Positions 1-10,937 of a stretch of 64,000 nucleotides of DNA are shown here, in pieces; position 1 is the stretch's first letter, and each line of letters starts with the position of its first letter. Origin of the DNA: Naegleria gruberi. Lineage: Eukaryota. The stretch lies in the NCBI GenBank assembly GCA_000004985.1, contig GG738849.1. One strand, written 5' to 3'. The translations under genes and the position numbers were made by a program. Below the pieces are notes generated by a model that saw only the letters and a list, made by a program, of their open reading frames with translations, was not told the origin of the DNA and did not search any database.

Positions 1-148
1 CTCAAATAACAACAACAATCAATATATCAATATATCAACAATTATTGTGTCGTAATTTTTTAAAGGAACAACACACAATTTTTCAAAGACTAATATTCAA
101 GTTTACTAGTTGAATTCAACTCCCGATAATAATTCATCACAATATAAT

Positions 149-2020
149 ATGGCTCCAATGAAGACTGCTGCTGTTACTACTCCAGCAACTACCACAACCA
201 CAACTACTCCAGTCACTACCACAGCATTATTGCAAAATGTTCAATCCACACTTTCTAAATCCCTTGACACTTCTCTCAATGTCATTGGTAAACAACTTCA
301 AACTCTGGGTGTTAACCTTCCACAAGATCAACAAGAAAAGCTTAGCATGGCTGTTGGTTTAACAGGAGTTGGTGCCACTCTTTATATTTTGAATAAGATC
401 TGCAGTAAGATTATGAGAATGCTTACATTACCAAAACCAAGTTTTGCCAAGAAGGATTACGATGTAGTCATTGTTGGTGGTGGTATTGGTGGTTGTGCAT
501 TGGGAAGTGCATTGTCTAAGGCTGGAAAGAATGTGTTGGTTCTTGAAAGAGATATGAGTGAGCCAGATCGTATCATTGGTGAATTGCTTCAACCTGGTGG
601 TGTTCAACATTTGAAAGATTTGGGACTCGGACATTGTCTTGAAGGAATTGATGCTGCCAGAGTTTTTGGTTATCAAGTTTTCTATGGTGATGAACAAGTC
701 AATTTGCCATACCCAGCTGATTCCAACAGTAAGGTTGGTGAAAAGGTCGAAGGTAGATCATTCCACTATGGTAGATTCATTATGAATTTGAGAAGAGCTT
801 GTGAACAAGACGGGTAAGTATCAGTTAATTTTTTCACAAGTGTGATTGAAATATTTTATAGAGCTAAGATCTTGGAAAGAACTGTTGTTTCATTGATTGA
901 AAAGACACCAGGTTTGATTGAAGGTGTTCAATATAAGGAAGGTGATGCCACTGTTGAAGCTACTGGTAATATCGTCGTTGTCTGTAACGGTGCTGGTAGC
1001 TCTTACACTAGACAAGTTCGTTCTGATAAGGTCGGAAGTGGTAACAAGCCATTGGTTGTTTCTCAATTCATTGGTTTGGAACTTGCTGCTTCTGCTGACA
1101 AGTTGCCAAGACCAAATCACGGAAACGTATTCCTCTTGCCAGATGCTCCTTGCTTGCTTTACCCAAATAGTACAACTACAGTTAGATGTTTGATCGATTT
1201 CCCTGATGGAGATGCCAACAAATTACCAAAGAGAGGCGAAGAAATGGCCAAATACCTGCTTGAATATATCATGCCACACTTGCCAGAAAATTTACATGAA
1301 TCTTTCAAAGCTGAAGTTGATGCTGGCAGAATTAAGGTTGTTCAAAATCGTGAAATGCCAGGTGAAACACCAGAATCACTCACCAAGAAGGGAGTTGTTC
1401 TGATTGGTGATGCCATGAATTGCAGACATCCAATCACTGGTGGTGGTATGACTGTCACATTCTCCGATTGTAAGGAATTAGTTAAGGCCATTGTTCAAAT
1501 TAAGGATTTGAACTGTGTTTCTGAAGTTGATGAAGCAATTCAATCATTCTATGTTAACAGATCTAAGGTTGCAAGCACTATTAACATTCTTGCCAACGCA
1601 TTGTACAGTATCTTTGCTCCACCATCTGGAAGCAAATCTTGGGAAGCATATAAGAGTGAAGGTAAGAAGCCAGACGCTCTCTCAAACAATGACAGCATGT
1701 CAATTATGCGTAGAGCTGTTTTCGGATATTTCAAGAAGGGTGGTATTTGTCAAACTGGTCCATTGTCATTATTGAGTGGTATTTGGCATTCACCATATGG
1801 TCTCATTGCTCACTTCTTCTCTGTGGCCGTTATTGGTTCAGTTGATCTCATTAAGGAAGGAGGTATTTTGGGTATCTTTGGAAGTATATATAAGAGTTTG
1901 AAGATGATAACTGGTGCTACTACTCTCATTGCTCCACTTATTGCTGAAGAACGTTTATTATCTTGTATTTTCCCTGGTTTCATTTGGAGAAGAAAGCCAC
2001 TTCCACACCACCAAAAGTAA
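149..2020 (+). CDS. Squalene monooxygenase (squalene epoxidase), copy 1; exons 149..813 and 862..2020, 48-nt intron GTAAGT..TATAG
   Basis: FAD-binding N-terminus DYDVVIVGGGIGGCALGSALSKAGKNVLVLERD. SE-family motifs GELLQPGG, GRFIMNLR, LIGDAMNCRHPITGGGMTV. The spliced frame is continuous (GG|A gives Gly). ATG at 149; the track ORF starts earlier only through a TTG. Confidence 0.85.
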
Positions 2021-4099
2021 ATATCCCAAATCATTATAATCGAGTTTTTATCCTAATAAATCTAACTTAAAAATAATTAAAAAGTCTTACACATCATTTT
2101 GAAATTGGGATAGTTCAATAGCTATTTTTCAAACTGTATCTGAATAAAATTAAATTTTCTCTTCATAGCTCTTCATTTTCTTCGATTAGTTGTGGAGTTT
2201 CCTTGCGTGATTTTCACACCAGTCCACATTTTAAAATCCTTTGTAAACCGGGTTTTGTTTTGGTGGGAAAAGGGTTCGTGCAAAAGCTATTCCCGAATTG
2301 TCCGTTTAAGCAGCAATAAAGAAAAGCTAATAATCACAATTCCAACAATCAAACAGGTTTCAAAAAAACAAATCATTCCATGGTAAATACCTTTCAGAAC
2401 TTTCACCTAATTGCAAACATGTTCCACCTCGAAAGTTTATTTCAACTGTTTCACACTTCACATAAGATGTGGACAATAACTGGTTGTGGTCTTGTTGGCC
2501 TAATCATTCACAGGATATTAAACAAGTTTTACAAACTCCTGACATTACCAAAACCAAGTTTTGCCAAGAAGGATTACGATGTCGTCATTGTTGGTGGTGG
2601 TATTGGTGGTTGTGCATTGGGAAGTGCATTGTCTAAGGCTGGAAAGAATGTGTTGGTTCTTGAAAGAGATATGAGTGAGCCAGATCGTATCATTGGTGAA
2701 TTGCTTCAACCTGGTGGTGTTCAACATTTGAAAGATTTGGGACTTGGACATTGTCTTGAAGGAATTGATGCTGCCAGAGTATTTGGTTATCAAGTTTTCT
2801 ATGGTGATGATGAACAGGTCAATTTGCCTTATCCAATCGTTGAGGGAGGAAGAGCAGAAGGTAGATCATTCCACTATGGAAGATTCATTATGAATTTGAG
2901 AAGAGCTTGTGAACAGGATGGGTAAGTATCAAATAGTTTTCATATCAACTTAATGAAACCGAATGTTAAAGGGCTACATTATTGGAAAGAACTGTTGTTT
3001 CATTGATTGAAAAGACACCAGGTCTGATTGAAGGTGTTCAGTATAAGAAAAACAACAACGATTCAACTGTTGATGTCACTTGCAAACTTGTGATTATTTG
3101 CAATGGAGCTGGTAGTTCATTCACTAGACAAGTTCGTTCTGATAGATTTGGAAATAAGCCATTGGTTGTTTCTCAATTCATTGGTTTGGAACTTGCTGAC
3201 AGTGCTGAAAAATTACCAAAACCAAATCACGGAAACGTTTTTGTTTTACCAACTGGACCTGTTTGCTTTACCCAAACAGTTCTTTAACAGTGAGATGTTT
3301 AGTCGACTTTCCACATCCTGATTCGAATAAGTTACCAAAGAGAGGTGAAGAAATGACCAAATACTTGCTTGAATATATCATGCCACACTTGCCAGAAAAT
3401 TTACATGAATCTTTCAAGGCCGAAGTTGATGCTAGCAGAATTAAGGTTGTTCAAAATCGTGAAATGCCAGGTGAAACACCAGAATCACTCACCAAGAAGG
3501 GAGTTGTTCTGATTGGTGATGCCATGAATTGCAGACATCCAATCACTGGTGGTGGTATGACTGTCACTTTCTCCGATTGTAAGGAATTAGTTAAGGCCAT
3601 TATTCAAATTAAGGATTTGAACTGTGTTTCTGAAGTTGATGAAGCCATTCAATCATTCTATTCAAATAGGAAAAAAGTTGCATCCACAATTAATATTCTT
3701 GCAAATGCTTTGTATTCGATTCTTGCTCCTTCATTAACAGTAGTAAGAAATGATCAAGAGAAAACAATACACAAAGATGACACAGTTTCCTTATTGCGTA
3801 GAGCTGTTTTTAGGTACTTACAAAGGGGAAGCTTTTGTCAAACTGGTCCATTGTCATTATTGAGTGGTTTGTGGCATTCACCATATGGCCTTTTATTTCA
3901 TTTCTTTTCTGTTGCCTTACTGGGTTCAGTTGATCTCATTAAGGAAGGAGGTATTTTGGGTATATTTGGAAGTTTATATAAGAGTTTGAAGATGATAACT
4001 GGTGCTACTACTCTCATTGCTCCACTAATTGCTGAGGAACGTTTATTATCTTGTGTGTTTCCTCGATTCTTTTGGAAGAGAACTGCACCGATCAAGTAG
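420..4099 (+). repeat. Tandem direct duplication of the squalene epoxidase gene unit (about 1.9 kb per unit, including the intron)
   Basis: Long stretches of identical nucleotides, e.g. ttaccaaaaccaagttttgccaagaaggattacgatgt at about 425 and about 2545, and the shared intron donor context caagacgggtaagtatca / caggatgggtaagtatca. Confidence 0.8.
2380..4099 (+). CDS. Squalene monooxygenase paralog, copy 2. Same intron position (exons ..2921 and 2972..). A 1-bp frameshift near 3250-3265 splits the reading frame. Possible pseudogene or sequencing error.
   Basis: Near-identical protein blocks to copy 1: LTLPKPSFAKKDYDVVIVGGGIGGC... and CRHPITGGGMTVTFSDCKELVKA. Frame switches between ORFs 2982..3287 and 3263..4099: copy 1 reads CCTTGCTTGCTTTACC, copy 2 reads CCTGTTTGCTTTACC. 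The N-terminal region before the TM helix is unrelated to copy 1. Confidence 0.6.
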
Positions 4100-4506
4100 C
4101 TGTAATGGTCTTATCTGCTCACTCGTGTGCCTCAACAATTATGAATAAATCTGAAATACTTACATTATTTGTTGTTCTAGAGAATCTCTTGTCCTTTGGA
4201 AAGGTCTTTATTGTTATGGTATTAGTGCTTGGGGGGTGGAAACTGTAGAACTCATTCTACACAGCATTCATGAGTTAACTGATGAATGGAATCAACGTCT
4301 ATATTATTATATAACTGTAGTTTATCTAATACCAATCTCCTTAGTTGTTGACAATGGATTTCATTGATTATTCTAAAGACGCATATTCAATACCGGGAAT
4401 TGAAATATGAGCGAAACTTTCCCGCCATTTCGAAAACCCGGACCGGATTCTATTTCCCTTAATTTAACAAGACAACATTTCCAAACAATTTATAACAAAA
4501 AACAAA

Positions 4507-5182
4507 ATGGCAAAAGCTGAATTTCTAAAAGCACCAATTCATGATCTTTACGCCTGGGCTCGTACCAGTTCATTGTGGCCAGTTTCCTTTGGCTTGGCCT
4601 GTTGTGCAGTAGAAATGATGCACACCTCAGCATCTGTAAGTTTATTGATCATGTTACACATTCTTCAATGTTGATTGGTGTTAAAAAGAGATATGATATT
4701 GAAAGAATGGGTATCTTTTACAGACCAACTCCTCGTCAATCTGATGCCATGATTATTGCTGGCACTTTGACAAATAAGATGGCACCAGCACTTCGTAAAG
4801 TTTGGGATCAAATGTCTGAACCAAAGTATTCAATTTCAATGGGATCTTGTGCGAATGGTGGTGGATATTATCATTATTCGTATCATGTTGTGAGAGGTGC
4901 TGATCAGATAGTTCCTGTGGATGTTTATGTTCCTGGTTGTCCTCCAAGTAAGTAATTGTTAGTTCAATTATAGAATACTAAATGGAATGATAGCTGCTGT
5001 GAGTATTAAAGTATTAAATAAGTGAATTAACATTCATTTAGGAAGCATTATTGTATGGTATTTACATGTTACAAAAGAAAATTAAGAGAAATCCATATAG
5101 AGCTGATGTGATTGCAGAAGATTTCAATCATTATCCAGGAAAGGTTGAAAGAAATCAAATAACACCACTCAATCAATTGTAA
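4507..5182 (+). CDS. NADH:ubiquinone oxidoreductase 20 kDa subunit (PSST/NDUFS7/NuoB), 3 exons: 4507..4635, 4689..~4947, ~5042(or 5046)..5182
   Basis: [43 protein letters not shown] | [86 protein letters not shown] | (E)[15 protein letters not shown]. These are classic NuoB Fe-S cysteine motifs. The acceptor and phase of intron 2 are ambiguous. Confidence 0.8.
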
Positions 5183-5237
5183 TTCAAGTGGAGGAATTAA
5201 TGGTGAATAAATAAATATATTAAGGGTGTAGGAAATT

Positions 5238-7010
5238 CTATAAATCCCAAATATCTGGTGAAATTCCATTTGATGATTTGGAGGTTGATTGATCATTCTC
5301 TGTCATGGAGTTTATGAACTCTATTACTGAAGATAGAAAAGTATCCTGATTTTCTTGATTCCAATCCACATGTGTTTCTATAAAATCAGTCGACGAAACA
5401 ACTGTTGGAAATGGATCAGACATGACAATTTGTCTTTTTAGAATTTCACTACATTCCTCAATTAATTGCTTGTTACTTTTGTAGACATTTTTGAATCTCG
5501 CTCCTAATGATTCGAGGGCTTTCAAATCTTTTTCCAGTAATGCAAAATTATCAAATGAAATAGTTTTTCCAGATGATGTTCGAATGGATGACTTTCTATC
5601 ACGTCTTTTCTCCTCAATTTCCTTACAAAGATTCAAATGAAATTCACATGCTTTTCTTATTCCTACATCTGTGAAAGGATAGGCAAATCTAAGTTGTTTT
5701 TGAATATAAAACTGATATCAAAGAGATAGATTACATACTTGAAAAGATCATTCTCAGTTAGGAGTGTAATTCTCAGTGCAGTTTCCTCAATTAAGGATTC
5801 TCCAGAAATTTGAGGAATCTTCATAAAGAACATTAACCTAAAGCCATCACTAATAATATTTCTCACCAAGTTATCAAGATCCATATAATTCTTTGATATG
5901 CATGATTGATCCTTCATGTTGGTATCAATCACCACACTCATCTTTAGTTGATTTGCAAAACCAACTACGCTTTCTAATAAATATTTGAAAATCAAGTAAT
6001 TGGAAGAATCAGGTTGACTATTTTTCAAATAATTCCAAACTTCAGGCATTATAAAATCTTGAATCGATTTACCTTGCAGTATTTTACAAAAATTGACTAA
6101 TGCCGAAATAAGTGCAGTAAAATCTCCCACAGAATCATTATCACTCACATAGGACAAGAACAAGTATGATTGATGAAAATTTCTCTCAAATATGTCGACT
6201 ATTTCCATATCATCCTTTCTTTTCAAAAAGTATAAATCAGCATAATGTCTATAAAATCTTGTCTTCTCCTCTTGACAAGATGCTCTTAAATATAAACTAA
6301 GAGCACAACACCCCGCAGCATAATACATATTATCAAAGCACTGGAATGAATATTTGTGAATTTGTTTTTCACATAAACCAGCAGCAAGCTCTGCTAGTTC
6401 ACTATCAGCATTGAATTGATAATACAGTGAAAGCAGAGCCGAATACCAAACCAATAGACCCTTCATTTCTTCCTCTGATTTAATCAACTCATTAAATTCC
6501 AATAATTCAGTCTCCTCCACTTGTAAACACAACTCTAGACCATTCATTGTAAAGTGGGAAAACTTTTCTCTCGATAGAATAGGACACCCATTCGCTAATA
6601 TATCAAAATAAAAGTTTACCAATATCATACCATCAGGGAGGAGAACACCTTTCCATTCGGGACTAATTTTCCTCTTCTTTCTCTTTGAATTATCCAACAA
6701 ATTTGATTTTCTTCCTTTCCTTGGTTCATACTGAATTTTCATCATCATTCAAAATGTTTACTTCAAAAAGAATTTAAATAAACGTACGGAACAAGTAATT
6801 CCCCTTGTGGAGCAATAGGAACAGGCAGGTAATTTCTTGTCACACTAATTATAATTAATAAATTTAATTATTTCGGAATGAAGAATTTACCTTTTTGTGA
6901 TTGGTTTTACATTTGATACATGAAATTGGGTAAAATTGTTGTGGTGGTTGCTGTTGCTCTTCATTACTATCTGAAGTAGCAAAAGATGGGCTAGGAGGTG
7001 TTGTGAACAT
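5238..7010 (-). CDS. Zn(II)2Cys6 (GAL4-type) binuclear-cluster transcription factor, 4 exons: 7010..6891, 6844..6788, 6730..5739, 5688..5238
   Basis: Exons 1-2 encode CIKCKTNHKKCDKKLPACSYCSTRGITC, which fits C-x2-C-x6-C-x6-C-x2-C-x6-C. Introns are 46, 57 and 50 nt, each with a GTAAAT/GTACGT/GTATGT donor and AG acceptor. All exon phases agree with the two large ORFs 5663..6748 and 5238..5636. Confidence 0.7.
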
Positions 7011-7053
7011 TTTTTTTACTCATTAATTCAGTCAATTAGGGAAATCATCTCTC

Positions 7054-8112
7054 TTATAAACTAATGATGAAAGGGATATTCTTAAGCATTAGTTTGTAAT
7101 TACCTCTGAGTTCTTTTGCTCTTTTAATAAACTTTTCCTTATCTATTTCTCGATTTTCTAACCAATTCATTTGAACCTGCTTAATAAATTGGTGTTGTTC
7201 ATTTTGATCAGAAAACGTGTTTGTGCTCAACCTTTCCTGAATGTAGAGAGAGAGACCACTTTTAGGAGGTGGAACATAATTTTGAAATTGAGCCAAGTTG
7301 TTGAGAAATAGTCCTTTCCAAAACAAATCAATAAAGGCAGTTTCTTCCTTCTCGTTTTCTAATAAATTGAGACTGAAATCACGATTAATTTGTCCACTTT
7401 TGATTACTTCAATATTATTGAAACGAAGGGTTTGTTGAGAGCAATTTCTAATAAATATAGGAAGTCCATCATCTCTAAAAGTTAATATTACAGATCTAGA
7501 CAATCCAAAGCTCATTGTCATGAATCTTGTCATTTTCAGCTTGGTTAAGAATTTTTGTAATTTCATTCTCTTTTCAATATCCAACCATTCGTTCAATTGT
7601 TTCAGTCTTGGCTTGATTGCCTTAATATTCCCCTTCTCCTTCGATTGTAAATTTGCCACACAAGTCAATAATTTCCTATGAACTCCATTCTTCCACTTCA
7701 ATCCAATACAATTTCCGAGCATCCCTACAAATGCCAAAGATTCGAGTGCTTGAATTGGTTCGTTATTTTCCATCGGATCTTCTTCCGTTCTTCCCCTTTT
7801 GACTCCCATAAATTGTTCATAAGGACCATAATCAAAATTATCCAATAATGAAACTAATGAGGAGGATCTAATGTTGAACCTATTTTCTTCATTCCTTGAT
7901 ATACAAAATACATGTTCAAAGTAATATTGACAAAATTCGGAATGTATTAATGTCTGATTAAAGAGACGATTTACTAATCGGCAGCCATCAAATTCATCAA
8001 CTTGTTTTGGAGATTCATGATGAACACAAAACAGATCGCAAGGAGAGAGATAGGAAAGAACCTTCTCTAAAATTAATTCCTGTTCGTGCCACTTTAAATA
8101 ATGTAGAGACAT
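7054..8112 (-). CDS. Hypothetical protein with an F-box-like N-terminus (LILEKVLSYLSPCDLFCV)
   Basis: Single 352-aa ORF with ATG at 8112. No recognisable catalytic motif. Confidence 0.45.
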   Translation of the reverse strand: MSLHYLKWHEQELILEKVLSYLSPCDLFCVHHESPKQVDEFDGCRLVNRLFNQTLIHSEFCQYYFEHVFCISRNEENRFNIRSSSLVSLLDNFDYGPYEQFMGVKRGRTEEDPMENNEPIQALESLAFVGMLGNCIGLKWKNGVHRKLLTCVANLQSKEKGNIKAIKPRLKQLNEWLDIEKRMKLQKFLTKLKMTRFMTMSFGLSRSVILTFRDDGLPIFIRNCSQQTLRFNNIEVIKSGQINRDFSLNLLENEKEETAFIDLFWKGLFLNNLAQFQNYVPPPKSGLSLYIQERLSTNTFSDQNEQHQFIKQVQMNWLENREIDKEKFIKRAKELRGNYKLMLKNIPFIISL

Positions 8113-8159
8113 TTTTTATTGTAATCAAATGAGAAAGTTAATATTTACAAGATGATGAG

Positions 8160-10766
8160 TTAGATGTTTAAGAGTTGGGCCATTAGAGCTTTCAATTGCT
8201 TTTCCTTTTCAGAGTAGTCAGTGCTTCCATGCATTCCTTCTGCATACTTTTTGAGTTGAGAAATTTCACTTTTAATCTTTTTCTCTAGCTGAGCACATTC
8301 TGCCATATCCTTAGTTTCTAATAAAGTTAAATTAAATTGTGAAATGTCAATAGGTTAATACTTACTGAGCATTGATAATTTCTCTTGATGATTTTCTTTA
8401 AGTTGTTTAAGCTTGGAATTCAGTTCTTGATGCTTTTGAATTTGAGAGGATATTTCTTGTTGAAATTTGGTATACGAATTCTTCATCTTTTTAGCCAAAT
8501 TCATCATGGACTCCTCAACTTCCAATACGGTCTGTTTGTGTAAAGCAGCAAGAGATTCTCTTTCCTTCAACCTCTTTTTCTTTGTCTCTGCCACCATCTT
8601 TTTGATATTTTCCAAGGTTGTCTTTTTCATGCTCTCTAGCTTTCTCTTCTTTTTCTCTTGTTGTTTCTTAATTATGGTTGACATCATGGCAGTAACCTCA
8701 CTTGAGAAATCATCGCTTTCATTGTCTTCGCAGTGCTTTCTCTTGGTTCCCTTCTTGGATTTTGGAGTTGGTTGAATATAAAAAGTCTCATCAAGGTTGA
8801 GCCCTCCAAAGGTTGTATCAATACCACTAGGATCATCGAACAGTCTTCTCTCTACGAGTGGAGATTTGGAGGAATGAGAGTCAGAGTCTTCGAACACTGA
8901 AACAGTAGTGCTGTTGGTTGAGATCATATCAGGAAGAGGTGCATTAAGGAATGTTCCCCAATCAGAAAACTTTTCATTCACGTCCATAGTTGCTATGGTT
9001 GAGATACCATCACATGGTGTTTTGGATTTGTCTGGTGAGTTTACAACTTGTTCTAATAAATCACCAATCCGTGAGCTAATTGGTTGCTCTACATCCATTT
9101 TCTTTTCTTCCATCTCTTTTGACTTTTTCTTTGAGGAAGAGGAGCTCTTTTTAGTTGCTTTGGTCTTTTCTGTCTTCTTGGATGTTGAACGTGTGGTTGG
9201 CTTTTTCTTTCTAGAGTTAGTTTCCTTGTCATCCTTTTTCTTGGAGGTAGTGTTTTTATCGCTTGATGACTTTTCTTGCTTAGTTTCCTCCTCCTGTTTC
9301 TTTTCCATTTGCACTGCTTCTACTTTTGTTGGTGGAGTAAGCTCTTGACTTTGAGTAGCCTTTAGTGGAATGATGGAGGTAGAAACCTTTCTTGTTACCT
9401 CTTTGGTTGGATTAGGCTTAGCAATCTCTGGGATTGGTGGTTGATTGATGAGCTCCTCTTTTTGTTTGTTCTTCTCTCTGCAGGCAGAAATCAAACCAGA
9501 AATTGTCTTCTTAATTAATTGTAAAGATTCCTTAGTCATATCAATACCAATTATTTGAGAATCATCTGTTGCGTCATAGTATGCTTCATATCCGTCCAAC
9601 TCGTTGAATAACTGGAGAACTAGTTGACGTTGTTTGTAGGAAAGTCTCAATGTTCTAATGTTTGTGTATTCAAAATCAACAATGTCTTTGATATCATCTC
9701 CTGGTTGAGTAATGAAACAGCTCATTGAACGAGTACCAAAATCAACCCACCCAGGGAAACATTCATAAGCACCCATCTTCATCTTCTCAGTCTTGATAGA
9801 ATAGACAGTTCTCTTATCTTCGGATATTTGTTCATTCATTTCCACAACAAATGATCTAATACTCTCCACAAAAGCATCATCACCCTTGATATTATTGAAA
9901 ATGACAACAATCTTGTCTGTTGCATCACCAAAGCATTGGAAAATTGATCGAATTGCACTCTCTGTAGAATTATTCCATGAAGTCAATCTGAATAGAATCT
10001 CAGTGATGTTAGCTTGCAATCCATAGTCACCTGCTTCCATAAGGCTCTCTGCCAAAGTTGTCATCAATGATGGAGAGTTGAGTAGGACCAACTTGTTTTC
10101 CTTAGAGTGTTTCACCAATTGATTGATGTTCTCAGCTGAATGTCTCCTCACAAATACATCATACTTCTTAGGCTTTGAAATCACTCTCACTAAGGCTGGA
10201 ATGAATTTCTCTCCGAACAAGAGCTTTGCATTCGAACTTTCAAAGAAGGAGTGAGTAGTACACAAATAGTTACAGAATAGCTTCTCCCAACTATCTCGGA
10301 TTCTAGCCTCTGAAGCAGTTTCTTCCTGTTCTGATGTAATCTTCTCAAAGAAGAGTTCAAATCTGATAAACAAATCGTACATGACAGAGACGAAACTATC
10401 AACAGATAAGAGACTGGAACAAGCCTCATTCCGATCTGACAAATTCATCATGAGACGAAGTAGGATCTTGACATTTTCCACTCTGATAATTTCCTTCTCA
10501 CATTCCTACATTATCGTGACAAGCCATAGTAGTTATTGTTGAAAGATCCGATGATGAATGTTACTTACTTTGTGTAATAAATCACAAAGCCTTTCGGCTT
10601 GTTTCCTATCGAATGAAGAAGTATCCTGTTCAGTCAACTCTTCATTGTCCTTGTAAAATTCCTCCAGAAGAGCACAGGCTTTTGAGGGTGATGCATGTAA
10701 AATTTCCTCAATCTTGATTTTAGGCTTGATTGAGTCGATCAAAAATTTGAGATTACTTACGTTCAT
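8160..10766 (-). CDS. Large hypothetical protein (about 830 aa) with a Lys/Ser/Thr-rich low-complexity core and C-terminal coiled coil. 3 exons: 10766..10569, 10505..8366, 8317..8160.
   Basis: Introns of 63 nt (GTAAGTAAC..AATGTAG) and 48 nt (GTAAGTATT..TTATTAG) join ORFs 10533..10775 and 8355..10481 and a 52-codon terminal exon, all in phase. Basic tract KKKDDKETNSRKKKPTTRSTSKKTEKTKATKKSSSSSKKKSK. Confidence 0.55.
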
Positions 10767-10937
10767 AGTTGACACAATCGTTTTGTTTTTTTTGAAAGTG
10801 TTTTTAGAGTTTGGGAGGCAATTATTCTACAGCAAATACGCGCCAAAAATTCAAAGCCTTGGCTAAGAGTTGTGTTAGTTTCGGAATTAATTCATGAGTA
10901 GATCCTGATGAATTTCAGGTCAATTTGTAAAACTCGA

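Noticed and set aside
428-697. 89-aa minus-strand ORF (and its twin at 2545..2793)
   Set aside because: It lies antisense inside the conserved FAD-binding exon of squalene epoxidase. It is a frame artefact of the duplicated coding sequence.
2380-2400. ATGGTAAATACCTTTCAG at the start of squalene epoxidase copy 2 as a micro-intron
   Set aside because: A 15-nt intron is below any plausible spliceosomal minimum. It is treated as coding or leader sequence.
8908-9348. 146-aa plus-strand ORF rich in Phe/Ser/Leu
   Set aside because: It is the antisense reading of the Lys/Glu-rich region of the 8160..10766 gene, and it has low-complexity mirror composition.
10758-10770. GTAAGT immediately after ATG AAC at the start of the 10766 gene
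   Set aside because: Reading through gives a continuous 66-codon exon that joins perfectly to the downstream exon. No in-phase acceptor exists nearby.
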